Positions 10,641 to 24,288 of a stretch of 64,000 nt of DNA are shown here, piece by piece. Location of the stretch: NCBI GenBank assembly GCA_013265495.1, contig MU057947.1, positions 444,048 through 508,047 on the forward strand, given 5' to 3'. Below the pieces are notes generated by a model, which saw only the letters and a program-made list of their open reading frames with translations, did not search any database and was not told the DNA's origin. The stretch comes from Vicugna vicugna (lineage: Eukaryota). The translations under genes and the position numbers were made by a program. Numbering within the stretch: position 1 is the first letter of the stretch; each line of letters begins with the position of its first letter.

Positions 10641-13600
10641 CTCCTCCGGGGGTGGGACGCTGCCACTTTTGTCCTCTTGTAACCGCCAAAACAAACCCAG
10701 GAATTTCATTATTTAAAGGTTATCGTTGGCTCCTTAACAAACACTAGTGGAAGTTTCTGTTGGCAGAGTTTGGCTTAAAGGAAGCTGCAGTTCGCCAGCT
10801 CCAATCACTGGACAAAGAATTCAGGGGCAGCCTGAAGACACTGGGTGCAGCCATGGACCCTGGAGGGGATGGAGGGAGCACACCTAGAAAACTGGTGTTT
10901 GGTTGCTAATTAAAGAAAAAAATTTTAATCTTATTACTAAAGTATCTTTTGAATTAGACATTCAAATAATCGTACTTACTGCTTAAGGATCATTCTGCTG
11001 AAGAACGAAGTAAAATGTGGGCACAGGAACATTTCGTGAAAGCATAATCGTTAAACTGCATCAGACTACGTGCCAATTATTTTCATTTCTATGTTATTAA
11101 AAGTTGAGAGATAAAATAAAAAAGAATTTAAAATGAATTCCCCAACTTTCAGTTTCCAAAATGAGATTTACAAGTTATATGTTGGTAAATATGTACCTTG
11201 CGGTGGTGATTAGATCGTCTTGATTTCTGGGGACATCACTGAGAAACATCGCATTTGTCAAAACTCCCAGTTTTTAACACCTTTGTGGGTTGCGGGCCCC
11301 CTGATTGTTCCGCATTCTCCCCGCTCCCCTGTCTCTGTGCTGATGCTCCATCACACCCAGTGGCACGGAAACCCAGAGCCCGTTTCTGTCATTCTCCGGG
11401 CATTTCTGCCTCCCTCGGAGCACCCACTTTTTCTTCTGTGCACACGATGCCATCCATCAAATCTCTAAACAGCTTCTTGCTCTGCCTTCTAATGCCGAGC
11501 ATGGTGCTTTGTTTTGCACAGCAGTCCAGTGTCAGAGAACAGTTAGTGATGTCAGTGTGCGGGTACCATTTCTGAAGCATCTCTGTTACTGAGAATCTTC
11601 GAGGTAACATGACAAAAGTGCACACCGGGCCTTATCTTGAGAAGCTGCAGAAAGAGGACTGGCCTTTTGATAAATGCTTTCTGGTAGCTGTCTTTAAGGA
11701 GCTAATGTTTCAAACTTAGAGAGAGAGAGAAATAGAAAGAGAGATTTCTAATTTTTCAGGTAACTAATGACTTAAACGGAGGAAACAGATAATTTAATAA
11801 ATCAATTTTGGCACATGGTGAACCACATCTGCCCGGTTCTGGTGTCAAGTCAGCTTCCCTCTGATTCGCAGCAGAGGAGTTTTCGTTTGGAGGACTGGAT
11901 TATTTTTGAATTCTACTTATTATACTAAATTGAATATCATATTATGAAATCCATTTCAATTTTTATGGACGGCCCGCCTCCTCCAGGGGCTTCTTTAGGC
12001 ATTTGGTTTATTGGGGAAGAGTCATTTATTCCCTGCAACGATGCCCTCGGTGCTGGCACATTACAGCAAAGAAAATAAGCCACAAGATTCAACTTCTCAT
12101 TGCGGAATGGTATCAGCTTACATGATTTTCTTAAAATAATGAAAACTGTTGGAATATGACATCCTAGGGAAGGAGAGAAGGTCCGTGCATAGCTAATCAA
12201 AGTGTTATCATCCCAGAAACATACTCGTAATGTGACCTTTGTCAGCTGCCTCACGGTGAAGAAATCCTTTCAAAAAAGCAGAAGTTTCCAAGGAAGCATC
12301 ATAGGCTGGAAGAAATCCTCAGAAAAGAGATTGCATTTTCAACAAGAGAGCCTCCCACAGCCAAAGCTGCACTCAGGGGAGCACCGTGACCCTCTCGCCG
12401 TTGTCTTAAACTGTCCAAGTTTGACTCCTTTTGGATTTTTGAACAATTCAAAAAAGATACTTTCATAAACAGTTTCGTAAACGACAGCGTCTCTAATTCC
12501 TTGGCTTTTGAACAGTGAGCTGAGCGTTGCACAGGGGCCGATGGAGAATTTCTCCCGAAGCCATAAAGCAATCTAGGAGGTAAGCTGCCAAGCTGTTAAC
12601 ACAGAGAATGGAAATGGAAATTCTCCAGGATTCTCCTGGACCCTCCTCCTCCACTCTGTTCGGCCTGAGGCTTGCCGACTGGCGCCATGTATCTTGATGT
12701 TCGTATCCCATTTCAGAAATGTTCTGACGTTATCTATTTGGGAGTTTGAAAAATAGTATAAACCCCCCAATGCATTTGAGCACACATTTCAGCACAGCAA
12801 TCGCAATACCCATTTGCACTGACGCACGATGCAGGCTCGAACCCAATTCCAGCAGCTTCATTTCTAAGTCGATGGAAATCCGGAAATCTTTTCGGTGGCT
12901 AACAAGGTACAAAGAGCCTGGCTCCCTCCTTCCTGAATGTCACCCCACCCCTGTCATGAGCCCTCCCTGGTGCTCAGCAAGCAGAAGGCTGGGGCTGGAG
13001 AATACGTATGAAAGAACAAATAATCAGGAAAGATGAGCTGGGAAAGAAGTTTTACATCGCAGAACTGAAAGGAAATGAAACAGTGAGGATTTGAAAAATG
13101 CGATGTAGTAGAGGTTTGTCCATTAAAAGTGACTGCACGTCTCTGAAAGAGAGCAGAAATAAAATGGCTGGAATGTGTTTACTTCTTGAGAGAGTCAGGC
13201 TCAATTCACAAATGGCAAAGCTCACTGAATCCAAAGTGACCTTTCACGTTAGAGCTAGCTGTGGACGCCCCAGGATGGGGCAACAGGAGGGCTGCGAGAC
13301 GAATGGCCCCCAAATCGCCTCTCCTTTCATATTTAGACTTCTTCCAGTTTATGTATATCACACAGGCCCGGGTAGATGCCAAAGCGAACACTTTCCAGTT
13401 ACTATTTCTAGCTTGTTAATAATCAAGTTACACTTCTCCAATCATCGACATTCTCAAATGCTACAAATGAAAATCAAATTTGCAAGGGGCAACACACTCA
13501 GGGAAGTCGTGTCTGCTGCTCCTTTCTCAGCCCGAGAAAGACAAGTTTTTAATCAGCAGTCAACTCTGCAGTCTTTGGAGCTGGTTTAAACTAAGTCGGC

Positions 13601-13859
13601 AACTCTGATTCTTTTATTTGAAGAACAAATAGCAGGATAAAACTGCTAAGCCCTAGAAATACACCATCATAACTTGCCACCAAAAGATTCTAAATTCCTC
13701 AATTCAAAATGCTAACAGAGTCTTTTCTCTGTGTGTCTCTCTCTTCCGCTCTCACCCTCCTCTCTCTTTCCTCTTCCTTTTCCCCTCCCCCACCCCAATC
13801 CTATACTCTTAGGAAATGGGGCCACCCTTAGAACAGTGACCCCTGGGGATCAGTAACTC

Positions 13860-14190
13860 TGGGAAGTCCCAGCTCTGCCACTTCACAGCTGGGTAGCTTT
13901 GGATGAGGAGCTTGACCGCTCTAATCCTCACCTTCCTCGCTATAAAGCAGGTGCAGTGACACTCATCTCACACACCTGAGAGGTTTTTTTAAAAGGATGA
14001 CACACGCAAGAACAGGCAGCACCATGACTGGGGGATACTTGTAATGACACACGCAAGAACAGGCAGCACCATGACTGGGGGATACTTGTAATGACACACG
14101 CAAGAACAGGCAGCACCATGACTGGGGGATACTTGTAATGACACACGCAAGAACAGGCAGCACCATGACTGGGGGATACTTGTAATGCTG
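13860..14190 (+). mobile_element. MIR whose 3' part is tandemly amplified
   Basis: tcccagctctgccacttcacagctgggtagctttgg...cctcaccttcctcgctataaa is a MIR core. Confidence 0.65.
13997..14187 (+). repeat. Minisatellite, 4 perfect copies of a 47-bp unit (+3 nt)
   Basis: Unit atgacacacgcaagaacaggcagcaccatgactgggggatacttgta starts at 13997, 14044, 14091 and 14138. Confidence 0.97.
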
Positions 14191-14197
14191 AAGACGC

Positions 14198-14440
14198 TTG
14201 GTTCCAAGTGACAAAAATGCAAGTCGAACTTGTTTATTCAAACAAAAGAATTCACTGCCACACAGAAATGACAAGTCCAGGGCTGGCTAGCTGCAGATCG
14301 GGCTGGGTCCTGGGGCTCAACAGTGTGGTTTGGGCCATTTCTCCTTAAGGATCCCCTCCAAGCAAAGAGCCACATGGTCCCTGCTTGGTGCCCCAGCAGG
14401 AAATAACTGAACACCTACCCAGGCAAGACCCTGACTGGTC
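14198..14440 (-). mobile_element. MLT1J/K-like MaLR LTR fragment
   Basis: ttggttccaagtgacaaaaatgcaagtcgaacttgtttattcaaacaaaagaattcactg. Confidence 0.5.
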
Positions 14441-14584
14441 CAGCATGATGACTGCCGGGAGATTCAGCACATACAAAGCAGACAGCAGAGCCTGAAGGAG
14501 AGAGCCAGGAATGCCCTCCCACGAAGTTCAGTGAATGCAGTTTCCATTCCTGGACCACTTCTACAAGTCAAAGACCAGGGCATG

Positions 14585-14785
14585 AACAGTTCTAACGCTC
14601 ACTGCTGTGTGACCTTGGCAAACTACCCAACCACTCTGCTTCCCCACGTGCACAATGGCGATAAGGATATGACCCACCTTTTATGGTTATTGGGAGGATT
14701 CAAAAGAGGATGAGCATCAAGTACCCAGCTCAGGGACTGCTACTTAATAAGCCATTGATGATACTCAGCTATTATTATTGCTATA
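14585..14785 (+). mobile_element. MIR
   Basis: gctgtgtgaccttggcaaac...ggttattgggaggattcaaaagag...agctattattattg. Confidence 0.7.
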
Positions 14786-15269
14786 TTAATTTCTCTGAGT
14801 TCAATTTAATGAATCCAATGAAGTGCTAATTAGGATGAATCCCTAAGACAGAGCAGAGGCGCAATCTGGTAATGCTTTGCTTGGCCTTGCGGGGTGGTAC
14901 CCCACTCTAAGAGAGCGTCCTGGGTGGGCACCAGGTGTCTCCACTGTGGAGCCTCATGAAGCAGGTCCCCTGGCCACAGACTCTCTAGGGGGCTCCATGG
15001 CATAGCCACAGCTATTGGCAGAGACCACCTCCACTGTTGTGGGGGAGCTGGGCTCGGGGGAGCCTGGCCCCTCCCCGCCTGCTGCCCCTGCCCACCGTCC
15101 ACACAGCTGGTGATGAGCAGTTCTGAAGACTGGAGAGACGGCGTGTGAGTGTGCAGTGCCGAGCCTGGCCTAGCACACAGTAGGTGGGAATCACTGTGAG
15201 CTGGGAGGGGACTGGCCTGGCGGCTCCCTGCCTCACTGTAACCCTGCCCTTCTCACCTCTGTTCTCCTG

Positions 15270-15520
15270 ACCACACAGGTGCACGTGTCCCCTGGGATGA
15301 CGCTGCCTCATTCCTTCGGCCACCATGATTGGTCCAGAGCTTGTTACAGTCACCCGTGTGGGGCCAATCAAAGCCCTTCCCTGGGACTTTCTCCAGGGGA
15401 AGCAGAGGTGGAAGGACGGAACTCTGAGGTCAAGGGTAGAGACGTGGGTCGCTCCTGGAGCTGAAGAAGAGAGGAGAGCTGGCTGGGTCCCCGCTGTCAT
15501 GGAGCCCCCTTCCGCCTCTT
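15270..15520. mobile_element. LTR16-like ERVL LTR fragment
   Basis: tgattggtccagag...ggccaatcaaagcccttccctgggacttt. Confidence 0.5.
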
Positions 15521-18500
15521 CTCGGAGGATCGGGGGGGGGCTTGGCTTCCCCCATTTGCACAGAAGGAGCCCTGACAACTGGTAGGGCCCCTCCTGGGGA
15601 GGGAGCCACTCCAGCTTCACAATTCCCCTCCCTCCCCCATGAGGAATGGGGACTCTGCCCTCCCGTCCAGCGGCCTCCTGGACCGAGGAGGGCTGCTTCT
15701 CCTGTGGTGGCCGGGGAGACAGATGGGAGGGCTGCTCCCAGGACCTCACTCTCCGTCACTCCTGACTCCCCAGATTACCCTGGGTCATCCCATGCTAGCA
15801 GATAAAGGGGCCACAGGCCAGGCAGCACCTCACCATCCTCACCACCAGTTCTGCCACCCGCGTGGTCATCACGTCCCACTTCTGCCTCCTGTTACTTTGA
15901 ATGAATGGCTCAGGGCGCCGGGGCTGGACCGCAGAAGCTCGCCTCGGAGGGAGACATCACTTCTTCTCCAGGTTAGTATTTTGGAGGCTGAGACAGAGGA
16001 GTGGTTGTGGCTGGCTTTCCTGTCTGAATTCTCATTTGCAGTTTCCCAGGCAGACGTGAATGGGGCCAAATCACAATCTCAGCATCAAGATCCCCACGTC
16101 TCTGGCTTTAATTTCCAGTCGCAGAAACCCAGGCATGGCTGGCTCATCCCTGAAGGACAGAGGTGGGGGCCGCCAGGTGCACACTCCCCAGCCCTTCACA
16201 CCACTTACAAGAACTGCCAACAGTGCGTTACAAACAAAGCCCTTCCTAAAAATGGATCAAAAACACTTTGTAATGAGTTGAAGGAGCCGCCTTCAAAAGG
16301 GCCAACATCTAACAGAGTCCTGGGTCCTGAGTGATCCGCGCTCAGCCGGCCCAAAGCAGGCTGGGAAAACTTCCCCCAAAGCGTCTCCCTGTGCAGAAGT
16401 GGTTCTCCGGGCAATCTCTGCAGACACACCTTCATCGGAAGAGCTGACTTGTATTCACCTGTTTACATATGTTTACACACATCATATACACTTCCTGGAT
16501 ATTCAATGATCTGAAGTTGCCACATTTTGGAAGGAACAGCTATGTATGATTTGGGGTGACCTTTGTCCACCAATCACTGGACAACTGGATCCAAATCCCA
16601 CAAGAGGCAGGGTGTGCTCCCTGCGTGGGGGTTTCCCCCAGTAGGAAACGTTGCTGTTCCTGTTCTTCCGACCCGGCCTCACACCATCCCTGCAACCCCA
16701 GCGGACCCCTGGCAGTTCACCATGTCCGCTCCGGGCGGGGCTGCCCACAGCACAAGGGATCCTCACTGCAGGGAGGGGCCTTCCTTTGCATCCCCACCGC
16801 CCCAGCCACTGCTCCAGATTGCAAGCCCCATTTCCTTATCTGTCTACACCACTCCACTATGATCACCACGGAGGCTGCACCAAGTCCGATTAAATGCAGC
16901 ATCTCCAGCCCCTGCCCCTAGCAGTAAGCAGGCCAGCTAAACCAGGTCTCAGTAAGTCTTGAATGGAAGTGTCCAGGCTGCCTCTGGCAGAGCCCGTCCC
17001 AGCCCAAGGTGAGCCTGAAGGGGCTTCAGATATCAGCAGACGCACCGAGAGGCTCCTGGGCAGAAGGATGGTTTTGCCTCTTTGTAGGAAGGCAAGAGCT
17101 AAGCATGCCTAACCTTCCAGGTGAGGTTGCACCTCCCTCCCTTCCTCCACCCTGCACCCCTCCTGTCCCCTGTCCACCCCCGCAGCCCCTCCCCCTGCCC
17201 TCTCTCCTGCCCACTTGTAGACCTCCCTGCTGTGATCACAGCGCAATGGCTCCAGCTACGCTGAGAACTAGTGCAGGTCAGAGTGCAGTCAGAGACACCC
17301 AGAGCCCACCCCCCAGGTCCTGAGGGCCCCCCTTCCCTCCTGCAGCACGCTCTGTGCTCCTGCCCTCACGTGCTGGTTGGCTGCACCACCCAGGTCCAAG
17401 GTGCAGACTGGCCAGCTCTCAGCTTCAACCTTCATAGGAATACTGGGGCTGAGAAAATCAATTGTGTTAATAGGTGAAGCTCTCCACTGGAGATGCTATC
17501 CTAAAAGAAAACCACATGTAAAACACTTAAAGTGGCGAGCTCCGTAATGTTTCTTTTGTTACACGACCCGCACACGTTTGTCCGGAGTTTGGGGCTTTCA
17601 AACCACACAAGGTTTTATGTGATCGTTACAAAATCCCTTCTTTTCCCAAAGGCAGGGTAGTAAGGATTAAGTTTGACTACTGAAGACAGCTTTGTTGTAA
17701 ATGGTCTCTAAGTTCACAAAAGTAAAAGCTTGGAAAGAGAGGCTTATTACACAAATTTCTTGGGTTGCAAATCACTGGAAGGAACCACGTGTCGTGTTCG
17801 CTTGTCTAACCTGGAAGTATCCATTTGTATATTTCAATAAATGATGCAAATTAATGCCATTCCCAGTGCCCACAAGAAAGCTGGTTTATCTTAAAGGACA
17901 TCCAGGGAGGCCCGTGAAAAAATCAGAGTAAAGTTGAGCATACACTCCTGTGGTTTTCCCCCTCTTTTGTAAAAAGTCATTTGTGGGACTCTGTGTCCAG
18001 AGAAGAATGGGGTATGATTTATTCATCTGAAGATGGGAAACCCTAAAGGAACCTCACCCATCTGGTCCAGTGCTGTCATCCTACAGACAGACAAGTCAGG
18101 TGGACTGCACAGTGAGACTGCATCCCAAGTCTCCTGACCCACCAGGCTGGCTCCCAGATTCGGAGCCACCCTTGTGCTGCTTAACAAATGGGACGTGCAG
18201 GTAGGTGAGACGCCATAAGGGAATGAGGCATGGGGGAGCTCTGGACAACACGATTTTAGTTTTTTAAAATGACCCCCAAGAAGGAAAGAACTTACCAGCA
18301 AGTGCAGAGTGCGCGGATTTTAGTTCTGTTCATGGGACAGTCCGTGATACCACATCCTCGAGTCTCAGTCCTCAGCAGGGCCAGTCCTTGGGCAGGGGTG
18401 GTGGTCTTTGTGCTGTCCCCCTTGGCTCCAAAACCCTTATTTGGCTCTTGACCCTGGACCCCCTTGTGAAGACAGCAGCAGCTTCTGTCAGCCTCCCCAG

Positions 18501-19217
18501 CAGGGAGCCCCGCTGAGCTGAGCCAGGTCCATGCATCCTCTCTGGCTGCTGCACACTCCCCTCCCTCTCACCCACCCTCCCCAATGCCATGTAATCCACC
18601 GATACAGTCACCAAGCTAGCCTTTCTTTCCTGGGTTGGGAACCAGAGATGCTAACAATAGCTAGTCTCTTTTTATTAACAGCTTAGGAATTCATGTTAAA
18701 AATACTACTCAGGTAAAAATGAAAGTAGGATTTACATATTAACTGTAAAGCTACATCTTAGCACACTTGTAAACATCTTGATTCAGTTTTTGTGTTCTTT
18801 TCCCTTTTCAGCTCTGCTGGGACCCCAGTTCTGACTGCATCCTGGTAGCAACAGATCATAAGAACAGGTGGATTCTAGGCCTTGGTGTTTGTACGTGTCC
18901 TGCATGGAGTAGATTGCTGAGGTCCTCTAAGCAAACTTTCATTAACGATGTTAACCTGCTGAGTCAGATGAATCACAAATACCAACGTATGAACTTCGGC
19001 CAAATCCCAAAAGAAGAGCCGTACATCCCGGGAAGGCAAAAACTTCTTTCCCATTAATAAAGTGGGATACAGGAGGCCCCATAGCATAGTGTAGTGGCGT
19101 AGAACACATGGGTTCGGGATGGGACCAATGAAATTGCCAGCGGGCGTGTGACCTCTCTGAAACTTCAAGGGATGACTCCACTCACTGGGGTCCTTAGCCA
19201 ATCAGATTAGAAGGAAC

Positions 19218-19657
19218 GTATATTGTTTCCCAGAGCGGCCAAAGGAAGTACCACGATTGGAGGCTTGAAACAACAGTCGTGTATGGGAGTTCACAGTTCT
19301 GGGGGCCAGAAGTCCAACATCAAGGCGTCCACAGGGCCATGCTTCACCTGGAGGCTCTACGGAAGGATGTGTTCCATGCCTCTCTTCCGGCACCAGGGGT
19401 CCCAGGGGTTCCTTGGCTTGCAGAAGCATCACTCCCCTGTTCCACTGTTGCACGTGGTTCTTCCTGTGTCTCTGTCTTCACCGTAGCCTTCTGCTTCTAA
19501 GGACACCAGTCATACTGGATTAGGAGCCCACACGAATGATCTCATTTTTACCTGGGGCCTCTGTAAAAGGATCTTATCTCCAAATAAGGTCACATTCTGA
19601 GTACTTGAGACTAGGATGTCAACACACTCTTTTGGGGGACATAATTCAACCCATAAT
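19218..19657 (-). mobile_element. MLT1B/C MaLR solo LTR
   Basis: cacagttctgggggccagaagtccaacatcaagg...aaggacaccagtcatactggattagg...ccaaataaggtcacattctgag...aattcaacccataa. Confidence 0.9.
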
Positions 19658-19899
19658 AAAGTCCACATAACAGCAAGCAGTGCCCAGCACCTTTGCTCTT
19701 ACTAAACAGCCACTGACACTGGGTGTGTCTAGGTACTGCTGACTGGGCAGCATCTGAGGGGTCCTGGATGGCGAGGGACCCGGCACCAGCACTAGAGGCT
19801 GACCCCGTTTACTGATGCATCGAATCCAGATGGTACCCAGATGAGCTCTGCACAGCCCCTGCCCTCTGGGAGCGGCCGCAGTGGACTGGCCTGTGCTCC

Positions 19900-20620
19900 A
19901 GGCACGCAGCCTCCCCAGAGCGGGAACCAGTAACACGGTTACTGGGTGCACCTGGCGCCGGGCCTCCGGACCCGTCCTCGCCCCACACCTGCCCTGGCGC
20001 GCGGCAGACAGCGCACATGTAGCGCTACGGCGCGGACATTTGGTAAACCGAGGCACAGAGCAGAGGCAGGAAGGGCGTGGTCCAGCTGTGCCGGTCGGGA
20101 GCGCCTGCGGAGGCAGAAGCGCCTGGCGACGAAGCCAGAGGGACCGCGGGTCAGAGGGCCAGGACGATGAGCGCCGGGCCGCGTCAGCCCGTCCGAGGCT
20201 GCGCAGAGCGGCGTCCGCCCGAGCGCCGCCGCACTGGGCATGCTCCGATCTGGGCGAGCGCGCGCCGGCCGGAGGGGGCGCCCACCCTCACCCCCGCCCC
20301 CGCAGCCGCCGCACTCCAGGCCCCGCCCCCGCGCTCCGGCCCCGCTTCCCTCCTTCCAGGTTCCGCCCCTCACTGGGCCCCGCCCCCGAACCTAGGTCAG
20401 CCCCGGCTCTGCGCGTCCCGGCAGCGCTTCCGCCGCGTACTGCGCGTCCCTGCGCTCGCAGCTCCTCGCGGTCGGCGGCTTAGGCAGCGCGGTGAGTGTC
20501 TTGGTTGCCTTTCTCCCGCAAAAGTTCGGGGCTCTCCCCGGGGAGAGCAGGCGTCTGGAGCCCGTGGGACAGTCCAGCCTACAGTGGAGCTACGGGCGCC
20601 CCCCCTTGCCATCGTGGTGC
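19900..20620 (+). promoter_or_regulatory. CpG island promoter with clustered GC boxes
   Basis: Very high GC and CpG density; repeated CCCCGCCCC / TCCGCCCC motifs at 20290-20390. Confidence 0.88.
20400..20491 (+). other. Non-coding first exon of an unidentified plus-strand gene (TSS approximate)
   Basis: Donor GCG|GTGAGT at 20491/20492 just downstream of the GC boxes; no ATG in 20243-20491; downstream sequence is T/G-skewed and intron-like. Confidence 0.7.
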
Positions 20621-23600
20621 GGCCCACTCTGACCCCCACCCTCTCCTTACGTGCCCCAGGTGTGACCAGGTATGCCCAGGTGTACCCAGCCTTCCCCCAG
20701 CCTCTGGTCTTTGACCACGTTGGATGCCAGTGGCCTGGCCTAGGGGTTGTGGCCGCTCCCCACAAACGTCTGGTTGGTCAACACCTTGGAAGCTTTCCCT
20801 GCCCGCCCTCCTGACCTGCACTGCTGACCAGCGCCAAGGGCCGGCTCCTCTGCCTTTTGTTCCCAAGAAGCTTCCAGAGCCCCTACTCTGGCCCTTCCTT
20901 GCTGCAGGCCTTTAGCATACAACTTGTGCAGAACCCCGTTTCCTCTTCCTTGCTTGAGACAGTGTGAGGGGAAGACCAAGTCCTGGGGGCCACTTTGTTG
21001 TGGCTGGTGTTTGTATGCATTGTGCCCTAATTGCCTCGGTAAACACTAACACTGAGAGGAAACACGTGGAGTGTGAGAACCGTTTACACCCGACACCGTA
21101 GTTCGGTAATAAACACTGTAGAGCAGCTGGAAACTGCATTCCTGGGTCCTTGGGTTCATCGTTTCCTGCATCTCGGGATGGTGTTTGCTGTTGGTGCCTC
21201 AGCTCAGTAGCTGACTTTCTCTGCTGGAAGCACATGTCCGTGTGAGCACAGCTTCTGCTTGGCTGGGTGGACAGTCATCCAGCCAGGGGCAGAGGGAGCC
21301 TGGCTGGCCCAGAGAGGGGTCACCACAGCTGCTGGCAGCAGACGTGAAGAGCTAAGGATGAGACGGGTGGTTTCCATACTCACCCTCAGAGTGTCTAAGT
21401 CAGGCCCTCCTCTCTTCCCCATCCCATGATGGGAGAGGGTTTTGTTGTTCCCATGACTCCCTCAATGGAAACACTCAGGGAGGTGCAGAAGACGAAGAAG
21501 AGCCCCCGAGCACACTCTGGGGGTGAAACAACTTTGAAAAAGCAGTGTCAGAGCCGCCCTCTTCACCCGCCTCCACCCCCAGCTGGGGGTTAACACATTA
21601 GCTCAGACACTTGCCCCGTGAGGCAGGCCGCACTAAGTCTACACCTGCTGAAGTCCAGAGCCTTCCCGCCACCACGGAGAGCTGGCCTTGCTCTCCATTT
21701 CTTCTTGGGCTCTTGTTTGGAGTCAGAATTTGAGTGGTGGAGTGGTGTGTGTTACAGTCAGGCTGCACAGGCCCCAAGTGCAGAGCTAGGCTAAGGTACT
21801 TTTCTAGGTGAATCTTCTTTTCATGAAAACAAATCTGTGTTACACAAACTAAATTTAACAAATGTTATTAAGTGCTGCTTTAAAGAGGCTTCACTGCTGG
21901 AGAGCAGGGTTTAAAGGAAGAAAGCCAGGCGTAGACACAGTGGTTAGCATCTTCATCTTGTTCAGCTGCTGAGATGCTTAAAGCTCTCTTTTCCTCTCTG
22001 TTTGGGCCTTGCTTAGATATGGGTGAGTCTCACCTGGGCCTTACCTTCCCTGCGGGCCTGCTGCTCCACAGTGTCCTGCGCAGGTGTCTCAGGGCCGTCT
22101 GTCCTTCCCTCAGGGACAGGGGTTGGGGGTGCCTGAGGAAGAGGTCGGCTTCCCCGGGGTTGCTGTGGGCTTCCTCCTCCAGACCTCTTCTCCTCCTTCC
22201 TCAGGAACCCCAAACAGTTTACCCTTCTCAGTGTTGGCTAATAAAGTCAACTTACTAAATTGCTTGTGTCCTTATTTTGCAGAGGACAGACATTTAGAAG
22301 CCAGTGATTCAGACCAAACCTGTTGTATTCCAACCCCCTTTTCTGGGGCATCCATGCCGTTTTCAGTTTATAGTGTATTCTCCTTGGTAGAAAAAAAGGA
22401 AGCAATATATTGTGTTCTGAATTCTCTTTCCAGTAGCTGTCCGTTAGCATTAGTGTCAGGTTCGTTTCCACACTTCACTCCGGCCCGCCCACCTCTGTGG
22501 CCACAGTGTGAAGCCCTCTTCTAGATCCACTTTCCCTGAGGCCTCTGATCTCCTGTGGTGTGTCTGGCACCGGGCTCACCTGGCCCCCGGCGTGGTCCTC
22601 CCTGACCCTCTGCTTCCTGGACTGGGTAGTCTTCTGATACAACTAGTTTCTGGAAGCCCTTGGGTCTTTTCACAGAATATTATTTAAATAAAACCTGAAG
22701 ATTTAAAAATCAGAGACATATAAACTAGTATTACCATGGGTGAGAGTGGCCTTTTCGTATGCACTCATGATAAACGAGCTAGCCCAGGGCCCATTCTTGG
22801 TTTGAAAGTGTGTGCGGCTTATCTGGGTGGGGAGGGGGCTTTGAGCCGGGCAGGATGGCTCGTTTTCCCTTGGTTGACATCTGTTTTCCTGTTCTCTTAG
22901 CTCTGGAGGCCTGTCTTGGGTACAGGTAGATGAAAGTTTGAGATCCACAGTTACAGGCAAAATACTGCGAGATGTGTGTTCTGTGGCATTGGGGTAACTA
23001 CAGGTCAGTGGAGAGAAATAATCTAGTTTTCTTTTAAAATTTCTTTAAAAAATTAACACTAATGAAGAGCTTGTATAGGAGGCCACGGGGCTTGGGGAAA
23101 ACTGTCTTGAATACACGGGGATACAGTGAATGGCTCACTCCTTTATAGAACTTAAAGTGAATTGCCTAAGAAGAGGAGTAGGTCATTTTTGTGACCTCTG
23201 TAACCTTTGAAGGGCTCCACGAGGTTTTGGCAGCTGTGGTTCACGGTGGGCTGGTCACAGACAGCGTCTTGCCAAGGTGCTTGGAATGCCCGGCAGTTAA
23301 GCCAGTCTGGCGCCCCACCCCTGGTGTCAGCTGCAGCTCGGGCACTAAAGAAGTAGGCTGCCCTGGGGGCCACTGACGCGTCCCTGATGTCCTGGGCCAC
23401 GTGCTAAATGCTGACACTTGTTTTGACCCCACAAGGTGTTTTCAGTTAGACTGGGGGTTTAGCAAAGGAGTGGGGGGAGGTCTCCAGGCCTCATGTCTCC
23501 TTGTATGCTCCCCAGCCCCCAACCCTGGAGTAAACTCCTTTGGCCTGTGATGCAGCTGTGATAAAACCAGTTACAAATTCCACAGAAACATTTTCTTACC

Positions 23601-24288
23601 AGTTGTGAAATTTGTTGCCGTGTGTAACGTGTGTGACCGTGAGAGGAATTGGGAGAGAGCTATAAATGCCTGGGATGCTCCCTCGGCTCCTGGGGAGGCT
23701 TTCTTGTTAGGATAATTTCCTGCCCAGAACACTTGTGCAGTCAGCAGAGGACCCAGCCCGGCTCTGCCGCCCATTCCCAGAAGTCCGGGGGTGACACTGA
23801 ACGCGCGGTCCACCAATGGCACAACTCGTAAAAGCAGGCACTTGTTAAATCTATTTGTTTTTATTATAGACATCGATCTGCCAGTCGCAATAATGCATTT
23901 ATGGACATTTTTCTGCAAGCACAGCGCTGGTGGCAGTTTTTACTGACAAATTGAGTCATATGGATAGCAGTTTAGAAAACTCTTACCTTATTGACAGATC
24001 GGGCAGCCCCAGCACTGGGTGTTCAGAGGTTTCTCGGTGGATGAAGAGAGCAAATTGAATCTTGGGGCAAAATATGGGATGGGATGTTTAAATGTTGAAA
24101 TTTGACAAGTAGCTGGTAATTATTTCTCCTTTGTTTTTAAGCTTTGGGGTGCAAGCTTACCCCACAAACAAAAGAACTGAAAGTAAGGGCCGAGGGTGTT
24201 GCTTCAGATACGGCCCTCTGGTTGGTGTGGTCAGTAAGAGCCGCCCCTGAAATGTGGGCCTGCTGGGATGTGTGTGAGCAGGAGCGAA

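Noticed and set aside
13997..14187. CRISPR-like reading of the 47-bp repeat
   Set aside because: Units are head-to-tail with no spacers, there are no cas genes, and the context is a mammalian MIR.
15012..16334. 245-aa and 231-aa ORFs
   Set aside because: They overlap an LTR fragment and show no recognisable protein similarity.
19881..20814. Long ORFs (200-245 aa) over the CpG island
   Set aside because: Stop-codon depletion in GC-rich DNA; low-complexity R/A/P/G products; the 245-aa ORF runs through the splice donor.
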